Shown here: positions 1 through 11,421 of the stretch, in pieces
How positions within the stretch are numbered: the stretch's first letter is position 1
Layout: the number at the start of each line of letters is the position of its first letter
Assembly: GCA_000320545.1 (NCBI GenBank)
Contig: ADNK01000743.1
Span: forward strand, 1-34,480
Length of the DNA stretch: 34,480 bases
Reading direction: 5' to 3'
Origin: Bigelowiella natans CCMP2755
Lineage: Eukaryota > Protista > Cercozoa
Position numbers and translations under genes: made by a program
The notes under the pieces: generated by a model
What the model was told of the DNA's origin: nothing
Databases searched by the model: none
What the model saw: the letters and a program-made list of their open reading frames with translations, nothing else

Positions 1-748
1 ACCACCCCCCCCCCCTCCCCCTCCCTTTTGCATCCCCACCCTCCTACTTACTGAGGAGTCGGAACATTCTTTCGCTAGCTCCGATCGCACTAATTAGAGT
101 TCCATACCTGTGTGTTTGTGTGTTTGAATTTGTGCGTATATGTATGTAGTGTGTGTGTGTGTGCCCTTTAAATTTGCTGCCAATCACCATCATCGTTGTC
201 ACTATCATCATTTTATGGTCTTCTGGTTTTGTAAATTTGTTCGTACAGGCTGGCCAGGCCGCCCAGGGCGAAGGCTATAAATATCGTATACAGCAGAAAG
301 GAGAGCAATCCGCCGGCCTGAATATATCAAAATACGCGAATATTACTTTTGAACTCGTCCTCCTTCTCATCACAGCATCTAGGTCGTTGCTTTTCCTCTC
401 CCCCCCCTCCCCACTCCATTTATCTTCTTAGGAAGAGGAAAAGTTGATGCTGGCACCTGCATATGGCCCTGGATCACCAGGCGCCCTCCATACCTTTGTC
501 GTTATTCATTTGCAGAAGGACACGGATGGTTAATAGAAATCGTGCACATTATCCCGAGTGTTAGGCTATTAGCATTTCGATTTGCGGTGCATCGGCGAAC
601 GCTACTCCTTCTACTACTACTACATTACCACAAAACCATAGTAATCGCCAGAAATGCCACCTTTAAACAACGGAAACATGACGAAGAATGATGAGGGATG
701 ATAAGGACAAGGAGGAAAACGACTGTATGAATTTGTGTTTATGTGTGT

Positions 749-782
<34 letters not shown>

Positions 783-2188
783 CCCAAACAACCATGCCAA
801 CACCAGAGCTGAAGATCCCAAAGGCCAAAGCGCGTTTCTTGCCGAATGAGAAGCTATCGCTGATCTTCTCCGCTGAGAAATGAGACAGATAAGAAAAGAA
901 GACAACATCTGGAGCTGACTAAAGATCGCCATCAAAAGCACGCACACCCAAACCAGTAACCACGTCCCCACAAAAATTTGTAAATTGGCAGCATTCAAAG
1001 ATTATTTTTTGCGCGCGGTGCGAAAAACGAAATACATAAAAAATAATAAAATAAAGAAATTCCGCCTTCTTCTTATAAAACCATCAGCTGTTCGGTATTT
1101 CCTATCTAACGGTGGAAGCTGTGGTAATTGTCATTCTAGTGCTATCGAAAGGACGGAGCAAGAAAACCGCAGCAGCAGGCAGCAGTGAGTGCTCATTACT
1201 CACAGTAGCGGCTAATTTCCTTCGGTTCGTTGGCAAAACTGCGGACTGTGCGGATGCTTCCAAGGGACTCACCCGCCACCATTCCTGATGCAAAATGAGG
1301 AGGATGAGTTGGCAGCAGACATCTACCTCCTCGATTTCCTTCTCACAATCCCTTTTCTTCCTCCCCTCTCCCCCTTCCTTATAGTCGCCTTCCTCCTCCT
1401 CCTCCACCACCACCTCCTCCTCTGCTTGTGTCGTATCTGTTATTTCTGAAGATAGTCCACCCGCTACATCTGTCACCACTACTACTACTACCACTACCAC
1501 TACCACTAATAAATACCTGCGTCTGCCAATGCCTTTTGATATGCTCTCGAGATGCTTCTCACAAAGCGCCCGAACACAACAGCGCCTTGGCAATATATCA
1601 ACAATAGTTTGCACCAGCATACCCGGCTTTAAGAAAGAACGGCTTGAGAATAGGGGGGAGGGGGGGCGAGGGGGGGGAAAGCGATGTGCGGACAGACATC
1701 TACCGATGGCAACAGCTGGGACTACCGCCATCATTATTCCAGTGAGAGTGGGGGAGAGAACCTGCATCATTATGACAAGCATCATCATCATTCCCTCATC
1801 GTTGTCGTCATTTCTATGCAACGTACTAAGTCATATATCAGGGTGGCGGAGGGAGGGTCATGATTCTGTGTGTGTTAAGATTTAATTCGTACGAATAGAA
1901 TCGCAAGTCCAACCACCGATTGCACCTTTGCATGTTCACACATCGTCAGCTTTTGATACATTGGCCTCGACACGGACACTAGGCGTAGACATGCGAGTAG
2001 ACGGATTTATACAGCGATCATTATGCGTCTTCGCTACGGCTTCTTCTTTTCTTTCTTCTCATCATGTTATTGTTGTTGTTTTCGTCGTTGTCTTACTATC
2101 CATCGGAGCGCCATGCTGAGGTTCACAGTGAGCACACTCTGGATCGACGATGTATCTAGGGAGGTGTGGTGGTCAATGATGGGGACGA

Positions 2189-2220
<32 letters not shown>

Positions 2221-5200
2221 ATAATGGTGATAATGATGATGATAATAATGTTGGTGATGATAGATGGCCGTGGTTATAAAGTTCAAGGAGGCTGAAACAT
2301 GGTGCTTTTTGAACGCGACGACGACGAGATTGATTATCTATTCAGCGCTACATGTTTATTACCGCTAGCCAGTCTGTTTACCTATCCAAATAATAATAAT
2401 CATCATCAGCAGCAGCAGCAGCAGTTACGCCAAAACGAACATCTTTTACATAAAAATTTTCGCGAGCAAATTACTACTTTTTGAAAATGCTATTTCGCTG
2501 GAGGGGAGCGATACTAGCGATGCATAGTCAAGTCGTGTCGCAGAAAATGATTCACAGGTTGGTACACTCCTCCTCTGCACCTCCTCCCCTCCCCTCAAAA
2601 CCGATAGCAGCATACGAATCCTTCGAGTTTCCATCGACGCCCCCCACCACCACTACCACCACCACCACAACTAACCAGCTCAGACGAATTCGTTTTATCG
2701 AAGAACGCAATGTCCTGGTAAGCTAGAGACTCGAATACCTAAAAGAAGAAGAAAAGAAGGTGTTTGTCTACGCACGAAGAAGGAAAAGACACTGCCTCAT
2801 CGCAATACACTAGTGTGCACTCTGCTGGTCGTCGTCGTTATCATCATCATCATCAGAGATCTATCGTTTTCTAGGCAGGTGAGAGTGTAGTGGTGAAATA
2901 GTAGTAGTAGCAGCAGCAGCCCACCTCCCTCCGAAACCTCGAGACAAGACGCTCCCCAGCGAAGTTGAAGAGCCAAACCCGAATAAACGCAAATCTGTAG
3001 TCAGTCAGTCAGTCAGTCAGTATGCAAAGGTATATGTAAAGGTGTATATGTAAAGGTGTGTGTTAGTAGTAGTAGTCGTCGTCGTCGTAGTCGTAGTATT
3101 TCTAGAAATAGAATAGTAGCATACACGTTCAGGATGATGAACACTAGGAGCATCAACAGTGCGATCTGAATAATAGGGTAAAACACACATATCAGATACA
3201 CAAAAGGCATGTGGAAATGCGGCTAGACAATACACGATGAAGGGCAGTTGCAGCGGGATACGTTCACGCAATGTGATTCCAATCCACCTGATCGAGTTTT
3301 CGATTGGCTTTTGCATTGTCGTCATCGTCGGCGGAAATACCCGATATCAGCCTCCCAAATAAGGCGGGGACAACCTGCGAGAAGGAAGGATCGTACACGA
3401 GAGCTTGTTTTCATCAATCGCAGAAGGCCAAAGGTCAGATATCGATAATATCTATCCAGGACATGCATTGGGAGGAGAAAGCTCTGCAAACAGAGAGCAA
3501 CTGCAAGATACAGTGCTGAAAAAATTATAGTAATGGTGGTAGTAGAAGTTGTAGTAGTAGTAGTAGTAGCAGTTATATTACCATCTGTGCTCCAGAAGAG
3601 ACAAACAAGGCGCATGTTCCTACCACCAAGAGGCACGTCTGCAAATAAGGGCGATTAATAACGATAATGAATAGCGATAATAATATCAAAACACACATCG
3701 AAACATATTACGTGTGTGCGTGTGTATGCGTGCGTGCGTGCGTGTGTGTGTGTGTGTGCGTGTGTGTGGTGTATTAATTACCTCGGGCCTGGCCAGTTTC
3801 AGCATACGGGACAAAGCTACTAACGGGGCTTTTGTGCGACCATTCATCGACAGCCTGTCGTGACCACCAGCGTTAAAATGTAAACTTATAAATTCTTAAT
3901 ATCCAATTCACAGATACAAGAGAGGAAAAGGGGAAATTAGAGGCGATGTCTGCAACTACCCTGCGTCATCATCGTCCTCATCTTGCTGCTCAGCTGGCTT
4001 CTCGTCACTGTCGGCCTTTTGTCCCTTCATTTCCCCCTCCCCCTTCTCTCCAGCGCAGGCAATATTCTTACCGTCCACGGGGTTGTGCAGTCTGGAATAT
4101 CCTGATCAATCAGAGTAACGACAATGACATTGCGCGTCAAATCGAGCAAATTAGTGGTGATACATCTTTGTGTGTGTGTGTGTGTGTGTGTTTATGTTTA
4201 TAATTTAGTCGATCTAGATGATAATGATAATGATGATGATGATGATGATGATGATGGATGATGATTAAGAAATATTTGCATTTTTCCCTTTTAGGCAGAC
4301 GTACCGTTGACTTGGTGCTGCTGCTGTATGAGTCCATCCTGCTCTTGTCTATGCTTTGGTTTTGTGAGGGGGCCGGAGAACAACGACACGAGTGCAACCT
4401 CGCTTACTCCTCTGCAGATCAAACACTCGATGAGATATGTTACCGACGACAATCAGGACCAAAAAAGCGAAGAACCCTCTCAAGTTGTGGTAGTGACAGC
4501 GATACATCATTCACTCCATGAGAATATTTGCTACCCTGCGACGGCGAAGATCATAATGGCTTCTTGCCAGTGCGATCCCCACAATTGAAACATCGAGCTC
4601 TTCACGACAAGGACAGCACCTGACGAAAGGCAAAAACTGTTATTCACCACCGCTATCTTGAGAGTATAAGAAGCTTCTGTTCTCATGATTTCCCACTAAC
4701 ACGTCATGTTGTTAGGAAGCATCAATCGTCCATCATCGTACAAATCCCCACGCCTCAGCCTCCTACGTGTCGATCCGATTTGTAATTTTGGAATGAGACG
4801 AAGATAGGACGCGACGAAAGACGAGGTTGGGTGCATTGCAATTCATGGCTGCATGCGGAATTCCCTATGGAGGTACGGTACCCGATACGAACAGCATAGC
4901 TCTAAGTAGGGCGACTCGGCAGTATGTAGGATTCACCGATGCAGCCATCAACACTAGCCCGCGAATGGAGCAAATTCTGCATAGAACACCAATCTATCAC
5001 TCTGCTGCCGTTTTTATTATCGTCGTTGTCGTCTCCATCGTCATCGTCAACGTCTCAAAAACATTTTGCCTCTAAAAACCTATTCCGTTGAATAATAACG
5101 ATGCTAAAAAAATAGCCGAAATTTACATCGCTGTGTCTCCCACGGACGTTTCCCAGTCGTATCCACCACCACCAAACTCGCTCTGGTACATGTCCGAGGC

Positions 5201-5572
5201 ATGCCTTCCTCCATAGCCGTCGAATATCACGATAAGCCATGGTACCTTGCAATAGACAACGCATCGGGGAAAAGAAATCGATGAACGGTTCATTTCTACT
5301 GCATGCACAAGCTTCTCAGCATGAGCGGCAGCTTTCTTTTTGATAGGGAAATGAACATACCACAACGTCTGCCAAACCAATGAGCAAGGCTGCAGCCCTT
5401 TGGATAAGAGCTGTGCTCCCCTCTCCGCCTGTTCCTTCATACAATTCCGCTTCCATAGTGGAGAAGAGGTGATGTGGTCGACACTCGTCCACTTTCTGTC
5501 CCAAGGCTTCTCAGCGTACATCCGCGGATACGTCATCGCCGCCACCTTCATTTCGAGCACAAACAAGTGCAT
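1..5572 (-). CDS. ABCB-family half-transporter (TAP/TAPL/ABCB10-like) with an extra N-terminal membrane region; about 20 small exons; 3' part (nucleotide-binding domain) lies left of the window
   Basis: Manual GT-AG splicing gives a continuous ABC transmembrane domain: LSRMLKLARPE|TCLLVVGTCALFVSSGAQM|VVPALFGRLI...FAFIRVWLFNFAGERLVSRFRRE|VFESLAYQDIAFFDKTNSSEL|VNRLAS|DTSSIQSVLTVNLSMALRWI|VQSVVGLAILF|VLSPTLTGIMMAVVPAVAI|GAVVFGRFVRSISRAYQKALADA|GMVAGESLGSIRTVRSFANEPKEISRY...YGGRLVIQGHMQ|AGGLLSFLLYTIFIAFALGGLASL|YGTLISAIGASERMFRLL. Start codon uncertain (in-frame ATGs at 5536, 5551, 5572, 5737). Confidence 0.93.
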
Positions 5573-7149
5573 TATTCCATGTCGCTTCTCACAAAACAAA
5601 GGCAATCCTGCAATCTCCGAAAGAATCCAGTTCCAACCACCACCTTGGACGCTGCTGCCTCTCTGCTCGTAGGTTCCGAGTTTTCTCGCCCAGAATTCAA
5701 AAGAAGGAAAATGTAGGGCATATATGAAATACGACATCGAGAATACTTCTTAGAATTGTTGTCGCTTGTGCAGAAATGAGGTGGTTTGCTACAGCAGGGC
5801 GGGACTCGAAGATTGGGACGGGCCGGCCCCGCTCGCTTCCAACAAAGATAAAAGACTGCTCATAGGCTCCAGCCTCTTATCTCTGAAGATCATCTTAAGG
5901 CAGAGTGCCTCACATTCTCTGTGACAAGGGCCACGATGCATGAGCCATCGAGCTATTCGCTGAAGGACATGTTCAGGAACAAAATCTAAATAGCCTGCTA
6001 TTCGATTTGAGAATCCGAAAGATTAATGTCATATCGATGGAATGTGCATCCACCTCGTCTTCTCATAGATAATATGCAGTGACGGTAAAAAATTTCACGC
6101 AGACAGATGTTCGTGCAATGTAAGGACCATGTGTCATGGCTAGCCACTTGCGTAATGTCCTCTGTCTCTAGGCCTGGTGTCGGCGTTTCCAATCCTTATC
6201 GATCATCGCCGGACACCTTAGATCAGTAAGAATAAGGCAGTCGTATCATCGTTATCACGAATCGTGACAACGAATGCCGCATCATTGCGAATAACATGTT
6301 GATGTGCATGATGTGCCTGCACCCGGCCTGCATGCTCTAGTGCTGTGCCATAGCTTGACGCGCTGCTAACAATGGATCGGGAAGCGGCATGGCTAGTTTA
6401 GTTATACTGTGAGAACTTGTGCTGTGTTGATACCTGGCAGAACATGTTTGTGCTCATGATGCATGTAATGTGCAAGGAGGAGGGCAAAGTTTGTACAAAA
6501 TTCAACATGGCGGATCAATCGCGATCGAGTCCAGTTTTGCTGCGCAGCATGTACGACATGCACATGCGATGGCAATTGTGCGTAGATGCCGTACTGTGGC
6601 TACGAGTGACACACATGCGTAGACACATATGTGCTGCGTACGCAGCGTCAACGCTTCATTAAATGAAATCGAATGAACACCGAGTTGAACGTAGTAACCG
6701 CAATGACAGTTTCTAAACTCATTCCTAACGCACAATGCTACGCTAGCAGCATTATGTTAGATGCGACATGCTACAACCATTCGGTGCTGAGTGTAAGAGC
6801 AGCAGATGCAATGAGAGGAATTTCGATTCAATTATGCGAACATTTCCAATTGTAATTGTCTAATACAAACCCACATTTCAAGTAACTACCATGCATGCAT
6901 GCATAACAATGCTAGAATGGTTGCCTTCATGTAGATGCAATTCCATGATTCCAACAAACTGAATACATGCTGTTTATTATTGCAACAACTCCCGCACAAG
7001 AAGGAACACGCATCGCGCACCTTCGCATTCTCTCCTACTTCAAGTAAACACGGTCAATATCTTTACCTCCATAGACCTCTCCATCGCTCTGATTTTGGAA
7101 AGCAAATCGGTGACTGAGAAGGACTCTTTCTGTACGGCATGCGTTGCGA

Positions 7150-7818
7150 TCAATCATCTTGGCCAGGGGGGTCGAAGTCCTGGAATATCTCTTCATTCAC
7201 AAGTCGCAGCTGCTCTTCTGGGTTCATGTCCTATTTCAAATGGAGGAGAACGGCAGTTTCAGAGTGCTGACTCAAAAAGGGGATTGGTAGGGGTCGGGGG
7301 TGATAGTCATCTACAATCCATGGGTTTCGTGTACCGTTGACGAGGCAGCTCTGGAAGCTTTGGGGATAGCGACTGAAGCCGCGGCGGCAGTTGCAGCGAC
7401 ATTATTCGGATGAGAAAACGCTTGCTTTGACGACGACGACGATGATGATGATGCAAAAGCAATCTTCTGTCTGTGGAAGGATCTGTGCGCTGCTGCGGTT
7501 CTGTTGTAGTTGGGGTTAGTGCACATCTTTACCCCACACACGTGCTGCCGCTTCTGCGCGGTCATCAACCTCATGCTATTATTGCTAGCGTGGCTAGAAG
7601 AATGGTGATGAGCCAAGCTGCTGCTTCCTTTCTGCTGTACTTCCCCATCATCAAGAGTCCCGCCTGCCGCTAAGATGCGTATCTGCTTCTCCGCGCAGGT
7701 GCATCCACATCCGCTTCGGTCATCTTTTATTTGTTGTGGTGTACATGGAAAATGAGAATTGGATGACCAAGCATATGATTCTTGTTGCTAATAATACTCT
7801 CGTGTGCAGAATCGTGAG

Positions 7819-7902
<84 letters not shown>

Positions 7903-9306
7903 GTGTGTGTGTGTGTTTGTGTGTGTGTAGTACCGCTATCTAGAACCACAAAGTATACGGTCGCATGCCTGGTGTAGTATCATTCAGGATGGTTAATACA
8001 TATATAACGATAGCAAAGATCATGGTCATAGTTCTAATATAGCCCTGCTTCCCTTCCCCCCACCCCACTTTTCATGCAAAAGAAGGGGGGCTAAACGAGA
8101 GAGGGCCCATCGAAATTCCCCCAATACAACGCTGAGCTCCATGAAGGATGCTGCAGGTTTGATGTTGCTGCCTAAGGCCCGAGAAGGTGTCTAATGCTTT
8201 GAAATGCTGCAGCACCTCATCGAGTTTTGTTCAAGGGTGTAGGTGCCCAAATCCACGTGTGTCATGAAGATGGCTCCTTCTCCCAACTCCGTATTTCCTG
8301 AATGTTTGCGAGTGTGCGTGCGTATGTGTGTGCGTTGCAAAGCTCTTTGTGGATAGTCTCATATTTGCTCAGGATCTCTCTCTCTCTCTCCCTCTGGCGG
8401 CTATTATTGTCTGCTGTGGCTTGACGTTGCTGTTTCTTCTATGTTTCTCACCAACGCCATAGAGTTCCCATCCCTTCGGAGCACGTTGTTGTGGTGTCTG
8501 GTTGTGACGTGGAGTACACAAAGAAGGAGGAGAATAAGAAGAATTCTGCTATCTCTCACCGCAATTGTTTAGGTGGTGGGTGTTAGTTCTCGGCCTTATT
8601 TATTTTTTTTGGGGGGGGGGAGTGCTAACTGCTGCACAGTCGGAAAATAATGATTCTATTTTCGAATGACTATCATTCTTTAACACCCCCTTCAACTATG
8701 TGTGTGTGTAGAGAGAGAGAGAGAGAGACAGAGAGAGAGAGAGAGGGAGAGTCATTGCTCCTATCACCTCGGGGAATTGGTCATTCCATGCGAAGATGTA
8801 TCCGCTATATGTTCCACGTAAATGATCAGTTACTAGCATCTACCATCATCACGGTTATCCTCCTTATCATCATCATCATCATCGTCATCGTCATTATCAT
8901 CATCATTGTTGTTGTTCGTTCACTTTTGCTCGATAACTTCATCAAACGGCGAAGAAGAAGAGGAAGAAGAAGAAGAAGAATAAGGAGGGGATAATCGAAT
9001 GACTAACCTAGTCGGAATCGTAAGGTTCACGAATGGCCCTTTCCTGTAGCTCAGATGCTGATCATTCATCATCATCATCATCATCATTATCACCACCATC
9101 ACCATTGCGAAATGGTGCAACATGTCGATACAGAAATAAAGCAGATACAGAAATAAAACACCTACGAATATCATCGAATACGTGAGCATCACCACCTTGG
9201 ATTTTATCGCATAAGTGAGCTTGGCCGGTGCTTCCGACTTGAACTTATCAAAGTCCTCTCCGGTGATCTTGTATTTTCGATCCTAACATCATATTTACAC
9301 AGAGTT

Positions 9307-9350
<44 letters not shown>

Positions 9351-11390
9351 TGATATGGAATTACACAAGTTTTCGAAACACACACAAAGAATACGCATAG
9401 AGGAGCGCTTTCCTCTTTGGTTAGTGATATTTTGCCCCTATCATATCTCTCCGAGACGAATTACTGCCAAACAGCCTCCCGCTAGCGACCAATGGACAGC
9501 CCTCCGCCCCCCCCCCCGCGCAACCTACCGAGTAAAGCTCGAAAGCGTCCTCCCCGAAAACATCGGGGCCGATGAGACTTGCTTCGTAGCCTTTCATTAC
9601 TGATAAAGAGAATATGCGAAAAAAGAAGAGAACTCTGATGAATGAATGCCCTTGACGATATGATCTGGGAAAGAGGGAGGGAACGACACTAGCTGCCTTT
9701 CACTTATGCACGCCATATTTATCTTCCGCACGGGCATACAAAGCACATCTCGACAGCAAGTATCGTGCAAAGCAACCTGTGATAAATGGGGCGGGTTTCG
9801 GGCAGGGAGCATCTATCGGGTCAACCTGGAAGTAGTTGACGGAAGATGATGACGGTGGTGATGATAGATTCATTCTACTACGATACCATCACATGCTATT
9901 TCTTGTTGGGGATATATCGTGAAATAAGAGCAGCAAGCAGTAAAACAGAAAGGGGCCGGAAAAGCAAAAAAGGGTTGTTCACAATAACAATAGTAATTAT
10001 CGAGATGGCAAGAAGAGAGGGAGGCGTGGACGTACCTCTTGTAGGGGGGAGAGATGATCAAGATGGCCTGGATGATCAACTTTCTTGTGAGTAATCTGCA
10101 TACATTAGATAGCGTGATGATTTTCATCTGAGTCAGCACTCAGAGCGAGATTCAGAGTTTGTTTCCCCCGATCTAGCGCCCTTCCCTCTCCCCACCTTCG
10201 CCAACTTTGCAGCTTCGAAATGCGTCTTTGCAGCGGGAAGTTGCGGGTTCGCTGTCGCTGTCGCTGCTTTTGATGTCAATGTTGGTGCTGGTAGCGGTGG
10301 TGATGACACGGCCGAGGAGGAAGAGGAGGGAAGAGGGGAAGATGGTACCGCACCGACACCGGCGGCATCACCGCTTGGTGATGGCGAGATGTCCTCCTAG
10401 ACACGACATTAGCACACCAAAAGACACACGCATATCCAACGTTTTTCAGCATGTGTGCCATCAACCTTTCCCAACTGCCCGTCTACATACCAACATTCGG
10501 ACTACAACAACAACAACAACAACAACAACGGGGTATTATACTGACCGTTCGGATTACAGGGCCTGGCATGAAGGGGGGCGGGAATCCATTCGAGAGCGGC
10601 TGCTTCGGGGGGGTCGGCGTTGCTGCCTCTCCTCCATTAGCCGGCGAGGGTACTGGGCTTGATGTGCCAAGAAATGAGGAGGCCGGCGATGAGACCTTAA
10701 CTGGATTTTTACCCGTGACAACCGCGCTCTCTCCAGCTTTACGTGTATTGGCCAGAAGTGGCCCATTGCCCCCTTTCATCATCATCGTCGTCATCATCCT
10801 CATCATCATCGTTACTATCATAATCACTATTAGATCTCACCACGAGTTAAATCTGCATTCAATGTCCATGGGGTACTACCTGGGACGGCTGCCATTGTCG
10901 TTGCTTCAGGTGCTTCCATTGTGGTTGCTGGTACTGCTACCTTTTCTGCTGGTACTGCTACTTCTGCTCCTGGTACTGCTACTTCTGCTCCTGGTGCTGT
11001 CGCAGCCGTCGTTGCGGGGATAGAAGCAAGGGGTGGGAGGGAAGAGGCAGTTGTTGTCGGTGCCGCTTCTCGTTCCACAGGAGGGTTGGTAGGCGGGGGG
11101 GGGGACGAGGCAGTTGCAGGTACCACCCCCGGTTGTGCTGCTGCTCCAGGGGGAATTGATGATGACGCCATCACCGGCGATACTGATGCTGATGATGCTG
11201 AAGGTTTTAAAGGAGGTAGAGCAGCTGCGCTGCTACTGCTATCCCCAAGCATCTCGGCTGCTGACTTCTTCGTTGTCGGGGTCAAGGCTCCCAACCCACC
11301 TGTATTTGTGGCTGCTGGCGATGAGACACTGGATGGATTACCGCCAGAAGCTGCATATGTACATAATGATGATGATGATGATGATGATGG

Positions 11391-11421
<31 letters not shown>

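Noticed and set aside
1102-2295. ORFs with poly-M/V/T/H and HTHT/CVCV runs, here and throughout the window
   Set aside because: Read-through of intronic microsatellites; the real exons splice around them.
5740-6250. Possible small gene or RNA gene upstream of the ABCB gene
   Set aside because: No consistent exon chain, tRNA cloverleaf or recognisable motif could be built.
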